This document shows, one piece after another, positions 38,201 to 50,200 of a DNA stretch of 64,000 nucleotides. The notes below the pieces were generated by a model that was given only the letters and a program-made list of their open reading frames with translations, was not told the DNA's origin and did not search any database. Numbering within the stretch: position 1 is the stretch's first letter; each line of letters starts with the position of its first letter. Both the position numbers and the translations under genes were made by a program. The DNA comes from Camelus dromedarius (Eukaryota). The DNA lies in NCBI RefSeq assembly GCF_036321535.1, contig NC_087438.1, positions 62,001 through 126,000 of the forward strand, read 5' to 3'.

Positions 38201-41200
38201 TCAGTCAGTCCTGTCCTGGGGCCTGAGCCTCTTCAGGTGCAGGGGAACTGCAGCAGAGCTCCCTCTGCCTGGACCTGGAGGTATGGGGAGGGCCTGAGCT
38301 CAGAAGGAACAGAGCAGAGAGCCCTCTCCTGTCCCCATCGGACCACGCGCCCCCTCCGGGTCTTGCTGCAAACCTTACCAGCCCAGCTGGCCAGGATCAG
38401 TCATGCAGGCTCATGTCCTGACTTGGCAGGAATGGTAGTGACCTCCCCTTCACAGCATGTCCATGTCTAACGTCTGACTAAGTCGGGGTGCAGGGTGGTC
38501 TGTCACCTCCCAGACAGGGACAGAAGCCTGGAGAGGCAGCTGCTGCTCACGGCGGGGAGAGGGCTCTGGACTTTGGTGCCCAGGACTCCTGAGAGCCCTC
38601 TGGGATGGGGTCCAGGGAGGTGGTCTAGCAGTGGCCTCAGGGAGCCCCATCCTGGATTCCAGGTCATGAGTAAAATCCAGAGGGAAATGGGAGTCCCTGG
38701 AATGGGGAGAGAGGCACCACTGGGATGTCTCAGGGACCCAGAGCCAGACAGGAGCCTGAAAATTTTGTCTCCCTTAGATGTGTGTATAGGGGCCCCTGTG
38801 CACCCAGCACAGCGCGGGGGTCTGGGCTCTCACAGGTGCCCAGAAGCCTGTCCAGCTGCTCCACAGGCTCTCTGAGCTCCTCAAGTTCTGTCTCTGCTAA
38901 TGGTGCAGACAGCTCACTGTTCTCCCCCCGGTTCCTAAGTTTTGGGAACACTGAACAGGAGTTCTTTCAAGGAAAGATTCAGTGACAAGGTTGGGGCAAA
39001 TCTGGTCCGCTGGAGATGAAACAGTAGGAACTGGGAGCCCAGCAGACAGGCTGTGCGCAGGGCAGGGGCTGGGTGGGCCTGGCCAGAGAGGCCTGGGGAG
39101 ACGACCCAAAGTTCCAGGTAGGAGGAGAGGCGTGTGTGCCATGGCATGTGCGTGCTGGTCCGTGTACGTGCTGGTCCATGTGCATGCTGGGTGTGCTGTG
39201 TGCTGGACTGGGAGCAAAGCAGGGCAGCACAAGCAGGAGACGCAGGTGCACGCCCATACCCACACGCTTCCACAGGCATTTCCTGAAGCCGGAGGACTTG
39301 GTGGTTTTGCTCCTTTGGCATTCGACAAAAACATGAATATTGGCAATGCCAAGGAGCAAGGAAAATCAAGTGTCCAGCTTCGAACAGAGACGACCGAGTC
39401 TTTTGTGGAGAGTCTGCAGCGCTTCCTCACCTGCGCGAGCCCCAGACAGGCCCCACCGTCAGCTGCCGATCTGAGCTCTAGGCAGACTGGACAAATCAGC
39501 CCAGAAGCACCTACCTTTCCGCTTACCAGTTTTCCCAGCATTTATTTTGTACAGACTTCCCTTAGATCCTGGGCCCCTTGAGTCCCACGGAGAAGACGAG
39601 CCCAGAGAGAGACGGTCCCTGTCCACCTACGTATCTCCCAGAGCAGAAGCTGGGAGCCGGGGAGACATAAGCTACATCATGGACTTCTATCACAAGCAAA
39701 TAGTCTAAGGAGCTTCGTGACGGGGTGCGAGCCAAAACCCAATTCTTTTCCACATCTGGACAGAACGATTCTTTAAAACTGGCGTTCAGACCTCCCTGAG
39801 GACCTCGCGGATGGAGAAGCTGGCCTTGCAGGCCCCCCCCTCCCCAGTTTGGGCTCTGCCGACAGCAAGATTGTGATCCACACAAGAGAAGGGGTAACAA
39901 CAAGCTGAAATTTAAGGGTCACGTGTCCATTTTCAGTTTAATTTTTAAGGGATGTAAAAAAGTAAATATTTTTACAGAGGGCAAAAATTTCAACTCTTTT
40001 TCACATTTACCTCAAGTAAGTATACTTCAAATTTATTAAATTACTAAAGTTCAGATATGATAAAAGCCTTCCATTTAAAAAAATTTTATTTTTTCTCGGT
40101 GGAAAAACATTTTAAGAATTTGCTCATTCCTGCCCCACTCTCAACATAGTGATTGTCACAAAGCACTAACTGTTCTCACTTTTCTGAGAATTAACAGTAA
40201 TTCTCTTTGCAATAGTAATATCCTAATAGTAAAAATTCACTCAAATAGGAATATATGAGAAATATAAAACAGTTTGCCAAACTGTTTGTAGTTTTAATGC
40301 CTGATAACTCAAAATTTTAGCTAAACTGAATGAGAGAAACAGAATATGGCTCTAAAATAAGAAAGCAAGATGGTCTTTCTATGGCTTTTCTATGGCTTAT
40401 TCATTCAACAGATATTTACAGAGCGTCGTGCACAAGAAGCCACTTAACAAAGATCTAAGTATATACGATGGACTTAATGCAAACAAGACATCAGTTAGTT
40501 CTGAGGCCCATCTATTAAGTTCCTTTCAAAACAGGGGATAACAAAAAAGCCTAAAATTTATCACTACAAGAAAGTGTTAAAAAATAAAGCCTTAGGAAAT
40601 ATAAATGAAGAAACTCTGGGTACATAAAAGTATTTTACTGCTGAATGATCTGGCCTCAATATAATCTAGCAAACAGAAACCAAGGAGGTTAGATTAAAGT
40701 CATAGACACATCAAAAAATAAGATTTTTTTCAACCAGTAGAGTTGGAACAATTGTACACCTGTATGCAAAAGAAAAGGAAAAAAAAAGAAATCCTCAACA
40801 CATACCTCATATGATGTACAAAAATTAACTGAAAATGGGTCATAGACCTATATGTAAAATCTAAAACTACAAAGCCACCAGAAGAAAACAGAAAATCTTC
40901 ATGACCTGGGTTTAGGCAAGTATTTCTTAGCTCAACCACAATAGCATAATCCATAAAAGAAAAAAATGATAAATTGGGCTTCATCAAAATTTAAAACTTC
41001 TCCTCAAAAGACACTAACCAAAATGAAAATGCAGAGCCAAGACTGTGATAAAATGTTTGCAAAACATGTATCTGATGGAGGACTTGAACCCAGTATATAT
41101 AAAGTCTTAACACTCAATAATAAGAAAACAAACAACCCAGTAAAATGTGGGCAAAATATTTAAGCACACTTCACCAAAAAAGATTGATAAACGGCAAGTA

Positions 41201-44200
41201 AGCACATAAAAATATGCTCAGCATCATCAGTCACTGGAGAAATGCACCTTAAAACCAAAATGAAATCACACACACAACCACCACAAACGTGCCAGAGTAA
41301 GAGCTTGGTGTGCTGCTGGCGGAGCGGCAGCGTGGCCACTCAGGAAGACTGTTTGGCTGTCTCTTCAGAAGCTGAACACACACTTACTTAGCTCCCAGCT
41401 AAGTATCCATGGCTGGATGCTTACAGGAAAGAAATGGAAACACAGCATTTACAGCGGCTTTGTTTATGATCGTCAAAAACCAGAAACGTTTGAGATTTAC
41501 AAATGTTAGGCACTATACATAAAAATGGATTTTAAAAAAAGGTTTCTGTTGTACAGCACAAGGAACTATGTTCAATATTTTGTAATAACCTTTAATGGAA
41601 AAAATATAAAAACAAATGTATGTCTGTACATGCATGACTGGGACATTGTGCTGTACACTGGAAATTGACACATGGTAATTGACTTCACTCCAATTAAAAA
41701 TAGTAATAAAAATGAAAACAAATTTTTTAAAAAGCAAAAAAAAAAACAAAAACAAAAAAACCCTGGAAATGACCCACATGTACTCCATCTGCTGAATGGA
41801 TGCCTGTGTTTGGTGGGCTACGACCCAGCGGTGGGAGGAATGACCACTGATCTCACAGCAACTTGGATGGACTTCAGGGCACCATGCTAAGTGAGAGAAG
41901 CCAGTACTGCATGAGTCTGTTTTATGACATCTGGAAAAGGCAAATTTATTGAGACGGAAAACAGATCGGTGGTTGCCAGGGGCCTGACTACTAAGGTGTG
42001 TGAAAAAATTTGGAGGGGGAGCCAAACTGCTGTTTATCTTGATGGTGGTGGTGGTGACATGACTATAAGCTATGTCAAGACTTAGAGAACTGTACACCAA
42101 AAAGGATGAATTTTACTTTATGTAAATTATAACCAGTAAACCTGATTACAAATTCGTAAGGGCAAATACTTCACACTCAGAGCAAAAGCAACTACATTTT
42201 ATGTGTTCTAGCTTCTTTGGGAAAATATCAAAATAGAAGTAGAACCAATTAAAATTGGACAATTCTATTAGCTCAATGAAGTTAAAAATTAGAAAGTGAA
42301 TCAATATTTCTTTCTAATTTCAGAACACATCTCCTCCCATAATCCATAGTATTTTGCTATTGGTGGATAAAGAATCAGCATTCAGGCCTGACAAGGATGC
42401 AATAATTCAGGTAATGGTTTTAGACCCTCAGCATAAGAGGTGGCGCTGAGTGATGCATAAAACTGGAAAGTAAGGCACCTGGATGAGATAAAACGTATTG
42501 AAGAGTTTCTGTAGGTTCTGGTTGCATCCGTACAGGAGGCTAGAAACCTGTCTCCGATCCCTTGAATTCTTGTGGGTGCCCTGCAGAACATAATAGCAGA
42601 AAACTTTTAAATATCTGGTCTTTTTTCTCAACCTCTTTTGTTTTCTTTCCTCCTCTTTCTTCTTGCTTCTTTCTCTTTTATCTGAAAATGTCTTTACTTT
42701 GCCTTCATTCTTTTTCCTTTTTAAAGCAGTCTAATTTTATTTATTTATTTTGGCTGGGGGGAAGCAATTAGATTTGTTTACTTATTTATTTAATGGTGGT
42801 ACTGGGGATTGAACCCAGGACCTCACGCATGCTAGGCATGTGCTCCACTGCTGAGCTATACCCTCCCCCACTTAGCCTTCGTTCCTGAAGGATATTTTTG
42901 CTGGGTGTAGAATTCGGCTTGACAGTAGGTTTTTTGTTTGTTTGCTTGTTTGTTTTTCAGGACTTTAAAGATGTTGTCCTGTTGTCTTCTGGCCTGCATA
43001 GTTTCTGATGAAAAGTTCATAGTAAATCAAAAATTACTCATCTATAGGAAACCTACTTCTGAGATTTTCTCTTTCTTTTTAGCAAATGGACTGTAATGTG
43101 ACTCAGCCTGGTTTCTTCTTACTTATCCTGTTAGGTTTGGCTGAACTTCTTGAACTTTTACTTTTATGCTTATTACCAAATTTAGGAAGTTTTAAGTCAT
43201 TATTTCTAAAGAGTCTTTTTTGCCTCATTCTCTTTTCTCTTGATTTAAATTACATATACGTTACTGATACTGTCCCATAAACCTTTAAGAATCTGGAGGT
43301 TTTTCTTTTTTTAATTTTTTTAAAGTTTCTTTAATATATTTTTATTTATTTATTTATTTATGTTGGTGGGGAGAGGTAGTTAGATTTACTTATTTATTTT
43401 TAGAGGAGGTACTGGGGATTGAACCCAGTACCTTTTGTTTGCTAAGCCTGTGCTCTACCACTTGAGCTATACCCTCCCCGCTTTTCACTTTTTTCTTCTC
43501 TCTTCTTCAGATCAGATCGTCTCTATTGATGTATCTTCAAGTCTGTCATCTCCATTCAGCTATTAAGCCCATCCAGTGAATTTTTTTAGTTCAGCTATAG
43601 TATTTTTCAGCTATAAAATTTTCAGTGGGTTTTAAAATACATTTTCTGTACCTCTGCATAGATTTCCTATCCTTTCATTAATTTCAAACATTTTTCCTAT
43701 ATATCATCAAGCATAGTTGTAATAGCTGCTTTAAATTTTAAGTCCTTGTCTAGTTTTGACGTCTGTGTCTCTTCTGGGTTGGTCTCTGTCGATCATTTTT
43801 TCCCTTCAGAGTGTCACATTTTCCTGGTTCTTTGTATGTCAAGTAATTTTGGATTGTATCCTGGACATTGTCAGCATCCTATTGTAGAAACTGGATCCTG
43901 TTACAAACTTTCATAGAATGCTGTTTTAGTGAGCGTTTGCTTGATTAGACTGAAAACGATCAGCTGTGTGGGTCCAGCTACACACGGCTGGAGCTCCCTT
44001 CCCCTGCTTTCTCCGCTATGGAAACTGACCTTCACTTTCTACCCCAGCTCAATCCTCTGGCTGTTCAGGCCAGAAAGATGCCCATTTTCTATCTGAGCTT
44101 CAGCCACACCAGTCCCACCATATTGGCCACCTGCCTTCAGACCAAAGCCACAAAAGCGAGGAGCCACCCACGCTGGTCCTTTTACACAGGTTCAGCTGCC

Positions 44201-47200
44201 TCCACCGTAGCCTGGTTGTGCTCACCCTGCAGAGCTCTCAGATGGGTGTCATGACACTCAGCGGGCGTAATGGGTCTGTGTCGGGAGGGGCAACGTGCCA
44301 GACCAGAGGTAGCTCATCTGTGATGTGTCCTCTGCCTTTTCCTGCCAGCATCTTCCTTCTCTTCTTCCCTGATTTCTCCATTCCTTTGGCCTTTCCTTCA
44401 TTTCTCTTTGCTGCCTTCTCCTTTCACATCTCACCTTCACACCTGTATCCAGTCACATGCCCTCCAGTAGTGCTGCCAGCAGGCAGGATAGCTGAACCCC
44501 AAACTCGCCTCTCAATGCCCTCATCCCAGGAAGACCAGTTCTCCCAGGAGTGAGCCATTCTAGGGGTTTTCCTGAGAGCTGCCTCTGTGGCCGTGACCAG
44601 TGAATGCCTGTCCTTGGCAGTGTGAGCTCGTGGGCTCCCTGAAGGCCCTGCACAGACTCATCGACTGCTCCCAGCTGACTGCAGACCTCGAGGGCTCCCT
44701 TCCCTACAGCCACAGTGCCTGGCTCTGCTTCCGTCAGGTAAGATGCAGCTCACAGCTGCTGCCTGGGCCAGTCTCCTGGGCTTCTCCTCGGATGCATGTG
44801 TTCACTCAAATCAGAAAAGGCTGTCACCCCCCTGAGTCACAGTCACTATCCACAGTCTGTTTCTGGACAGCCGCACAGTGGCGGGCTCAAGATACCCAGC
44901 CCTGGGCAGAGCAGAGGCTTCTGTGGACACTTGGAGGCCACTGGGCGACTGGACAGCAGGCTTTACAACTTGGGAACTCGCTACTGCTGGTTCAGCACCT
45001 AACAGAACCTGCATTTCTGTCTCCTGCCTCTCAAACCTCAACAGAAGCTGGACCCTTTCACCACAAACTGCGAGGAGGCCATTGTTTTCCTACAACACTC
45101 AGTCCGCTCCCTGAACACCCCCAGGACCCCGAGCACAGCACAGGTAGGTTCTTGTGCATTTTGTTTTATTTGACAGGTGGGTGGGAACACAGAGGTTTGG
45201 CCAAAACCATCATTTACAGTGGAAATTTTTGAGCCCGTTTTGACTCTATATCCCTTTCAATTAGCAAAAATCTTCCAAACCACTTCCTCCCCTTTGTGAC
45301 CATAAAAGTCCCACTCCGCCCAGAAGAGAAACATCACCACTACATTTGCTGATGCGCCGCCAAGGCACAAGTAATTGCTGTTAGGAGTGAGACACAGAGG
45401 TGGACTGGTGGGAGGGACCTCGATGGCTTAGGAACCCAGGACCTGGAGACAGCGCCCAGGGTGTGCGGTGAAATCCGCTGGCCTCATCTAAATGCCGGGG
45501 TCTCTTGCTGCTGCCTTCAAGCTCTCCTCTTTCTACCTACCCTCAGCTCTTCCTTCCCTTGGCCGAGGGCATCTGAGGCTGTGCTGCCTTCCTGCTGGTC
45601 CAGGGTGGCAAGTGTGGATGTGCCCGACCCGCCGCACTTTAAGCTCAGTTGAAGGAGAAGGGACATGGGTCGGAGCCAACATGTCCACGTAGTGCTAGGC
45701 TTAAGAGGAGTGGCCTGGAGGAGGAGTTCCATGCGTGTTTCTCCCACCCCGTGCAGGAGGTCGCAGTGTTGATCAGCAGGCACAAGGCAGTGATGAAGCA
45801 TGTCCTGGAGGACGCAGTGTTGGTGGCCCTCCGGCTGGAAGGTGGCACCGTGCTGGCCCAGCTGAGAAGGGAGGGCTTTGGTGCCAGCCAAGACTGCCGG
45901 TGAGTGTCCCCCAGAGCCGCGCTGGACTGCAGCCCACCCATGGCAATTCCCAGTGTTCTGCCTGGTCAGGGGAGGCGCATCTCCATCACATGCAGTGTCT
46001 CCAAGGAGTTCAAACCTCCATTCCACTGACGGACCCTCTGTGACTGACTAGAGCTCAATTCCCTCCAGAACCAAGGGAAAGCCTAGCAGATTCCTCTAGG
46101 GCTCAAGTAGAGACAGAATTCATTTCATGGGATTCAGCAGTCTGTCCTAAGCGAGTGCTTCCTCGTCATTCCCTCGTGGTGCTGGGTCCACCCAGCACCC
46201 TTCCTCTGCCACCAGTGCAGTGTCTGAGCCCATGGATGGTGGAGCATCACAGATCACAGTCTGTGGGCCTGCTTGGGCCGTGAGCCTCCTCTGGCTTCCA
46301 TTTCTGTTAGATGTAGAGAGTGCAGTTGTGTTTGTAACCAGGTGGTCACAACAGACGTTGCTTGGGGACTGGCTGTGAACAAACAGGTGATCAGGACACC
46401 ACACCGACTGCTGCCTTCTCTTTCCAGAGATGCTATCGAGGCTGCCTCCAGGCTGTACAACCAAGTGGATGAGGAGGTCCACAGGCTGGTCCTTGCATCC
46501 AACAGGTGTCTGCAGGAGCTGGAGAGTCTACAGGAAGGAGGTGACCAGGTCAGTGTCCACGGGGAGGCAACCAGTCAGGGATCCAGGAAGTATGGGACCA
46601 GGTTGGTCTCTGCCACCTAAAATGACTGGTGTAACACTCAGTATTTTAATCTAGAGTCTTTTCACATACATAGGCATATAAGGCTTTTTAAAAGTTTGTA
46701 TGTATTTTCAAGTGAAATCTGTATTATTTCATGAAGCACTAAGTCCAAGTTATGAGTGTGTAGCCTGGAGCCCCCGCACAGCCAGCAACATTGGGCGACA
46801 GGAAGAGGGACTGGGAGATGCTGGATGCTTGTGGCCTCTGCGTCCCTCTGGTGGCAGCTTGCCATGGGGCAGGCAGGGTAGGAGTCCCCAGGATGGCCAG
46901 CAGACCCGGTAGGGTGTGTATGCTGTGTATTTTCCCTCCCTGGTCTCCCCACAAACAACTCCAGCTCCCCGCCATGGGCCAGCAGGGGCCCAGGTGATGG
47001 GAGACGGTGACACAGCTTATCCAGGCTTCAGGGAAGGGAACGAGAGACTGCCAGCACCCCTGGGCAGGAGCACAGGTAAGAGCCTGACCAGCTGGCCAAG
47101 TCCTGGTGGTGGCCGCCTGGAGTGTGGCTGACTCAGGACACCCCGCCCTGGAGGCGGCCCTGCCTGGGGCTCCTCTGTCCTTGGGAAGTCCTGGAGTGGG

Positions 47201-50200
47201 GGTCTCCTCTGCCTCCTCCTCCCTGTGGGGTCAATTCCCTGTCCTGTAGGGCCTGTTATTTCTTATACATCATGTATTTTATTATAAATATGCTTCAGGG
47301 CTTTCTGGAGAAAGACCTGCGTGTCCGATGATATCTTTTCTGGCTTCACATTTCTCAGTAGCTTGTCTTCCCAGTGGTGACTCTGGGTCATTTAACTTCA
47401 TGGGGTGCCGCCGAGAGCCTGCTCTGCCCTGCTTTTGACTTCGGTCTGCGCCCTGCTTCTCACTGGACGCTTGTCCACCCAGGGCCTCAGAGCACCTCCT
47501 TGGCCAACCCCGGCCCCCTGCTCTGGGAACTCTGGGGTTTCCTGGATCCCGCGCTTGCTGCTGGCTCACTCATTTTCCTCCTGTTCCACCTTTGGTGTCG
47601 CCAGTCTTCCTCCACCTTCAGCATAGGTTTTCTCGACTTTAGCGTTTACCCCGCTTGAGAGTTCTTCCTTCTTCTCAAACGTTCTTAGTTTCCTTGCAGT
47701 TTCTGTTTGCTGGTTCCTCTCAGCGTCCCCTCTTCACAGCACCTGAAATACTGACCGTGGTGTCTGGCCAGCCTCTGCCCCTCCAAGGGGGTTTCTGCAG
47801 GCTTGTTCTGGCTTCTCCTTTTCATGCTTGAGGCTCCCTGGTGACCCTGGGCTGCTGCCCAGGTCACTGGTGAGGATGGGCCATTGGAGGCTTCGTGCTG
47901 GTCCCTCTTCCTGGGCTGGTCATCCCTCTAGAGGCACCTGCAGGTCAGGGAGGAGATGAGACTGAGTGTCCACTGGCCTCCTGCCTGCCTCATCCTCTGC
48001 AGAGAACACCCCAGGCCCTGCAGGGTGGGGTGGGGTGTGCACGTGGGGCTCCTGCCCCTCCACAGCACCCCCAGTCTACGTCGCCTCCCCCTCAGTTTCC
48101 CGACCGCTCAAGATGCCCCAGGGGCCCCCACTGCCCCTGCCTTTCCCGGCTGTCTGCTGTCCCCTGTCCCCACCCTTTATACCTTAAAAGAGTTTACTAA
48201 AATTTCAGCAGTGCTTCAGGAAGGAGCAAAATTAGTTATGTTTTAATCTGCCATCTCTGCCCAAAACTAAACTCATTTTAACCTAAAAATGAAATCATCC
48301 TATATAGCATGTTAAATTGTCTTTTTGACCTGAGAAATGCATGCACACTGTGGAAGAATTAGCAAGGAAATAGGTTTCACCAGAGTGGGCTCGTGCTGCA
48401 CATGCAGCTCTGCTCGGCCCTGACTGGGGCCGGGGTGGGGGGTGGGTGCTGCAGACTCCAGCGGGAGGTTCCTGGGCTCTGTCCCACTGTTGGCTGTTAC
48501 AGAAGTCACCCCATGGGCTTCACACCTTGTGAGTGTTTGCAAGTTACTAGGCTGGGATGGCAGGTCAGAGCACGCATTTTCTAAGGTTTTCGCACACCTG
48601 TCAGTGGCCCTCTGACCGTGGCCGGCCTGCGCTCTCTGCATCCTTTCAAGGCCCACTTTCTCGTTTGCCAGTCTGACAGGTGAAGATAAAATGGCTCATC
48701 ACTGTCTGAGTTCAGATTTTTTATGCTACAATTGAACGTTTTTGTCATATGTTTATTGGTTATTTTTATTTATTCTCTAATAAATTGCTTTTTCGTGCAT
48801 TTGGCCAATTTCTCAACAATTTGCAATAGTTCCACTGTGTTACTTCTAATCCTTTGATTGTGTTGCAAGTATTTGTAATTTGTCCTTTCATCTTACTTAT
48901 GATTTAAATGGCCTTTCCTACCTTAAGGCTACAGAACGACTAAAGTATTCCATCAAAAGACTTTCATGGTTTGAATTTTTCCATTTAATTCTCCAAACCA
49001 ACTGGAATTTATTTATTTTGGGACTCCACCAATAAGGTGCCTCTGCTCTGCTGACCCGTTCCTCCTTCTCACCTGGCAGTTCCAGAAGCTTCCTCACAAA
49101 AAATCTGGGTTCATGGTGTTTTCCATGACTCTGTCCACAAAGAGCACATACACTGGTCTCTCTCCTCTGCTCTTACATCTGAGACCATTGAACACAATTA
49201 TTCTGGTTGCAGATCTAGCCCGATGGCTCTATTTTTAATAACAAACCTTTTCCTGGGTGAAAACAACCAGATGCCCCTGCATTGCTTTGTGGCAAGAACT
49301 GCTCGTGGAAATGAAGGCTTACCTTTGACGCGCTCAGTGTGAGCCCAGTGTTGTTGCCATGGGAGTTGTGTCTCTAAAGCAACAACCTTGACCTGGTGGG
49401 GCTGCATTGCGGGTGGGCCTGCCATCACCCCTCCATCTCCCAGTGGCCCTCCAGAGTCCCAGCGCCACCAGCCTGAAGAGTATTTCTGGGGTTTGGGTAC
49501 CATAGTAACAAATTTGAAATGGAAACGTCTGGATCTATTTTTCAATGACCTTAATTTCCTTTTCCAAACAATGAAAATAGTTATAAACTTGAGCTACAGA
49601 GATCTGTGGTCATCCCTCCCCAGCCCCATCCACAGACTGAAAAAGCACAAGTGTCAGAACAGTGGTTCCACCTGCAGCTGCGTGGCCTTCGTTGCCATGA
49701 TTATGTAGGACGCAGTCAGGAGATGTGTCAAGACAAGGTGTATGGCTGTAGGAACCAGGTGTACCAGCCCTGAGGAGGCGTCTGACGCCTCCTGCATCCT
49801 CCGAAATCTTAGATCTGGACTCCTTCACATGTATAAAAGTAAACCCTTCTTTTCCTACATAGATCAAATCGTGGCTTGGAAAAGGAGGGGAGGAACTCCT
49901 CGGGCCTTTGGAGCTGCTCTCTCTGGGAAGCATGAAGCAAAGGCAGGCGCCCCAGGACAGGCAGATGGTGGGTGCCCCCCAGGATACACGCAGGGATGCC
50001 CAGAGGAAGTGCCAGGGCTTGTTCTGATTGTTTGCTTCTTGGGCCGCAGCGGTACTGTCAGAGAGGACTGGGGCCGACGGGAGGGAGCGCTCCAGGCACA
50101 GAGGAGGTGACCCAGGACTTGAGAAGGAGTCTAAGCACCACAGCCAGCCAGGCGGAGCAGAGGGAGGGGGAGTTCTGCGAGGAGGTAAGAGCCCCAGCGC

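Noticed and set aside
42795..42868. tRNA-like sequence (also ~43405-43479 and ~54085-54159)
   Set aside because: Diverged SINE heads attached to AT-rich tails, not tRNA genes.
46965..47075. Possible cassette exon with a strong CAG|GTAAGA donor in intron 11
   Set aside because: The phase-0 reading hits TGA after 10 codons and shows no family similarity.
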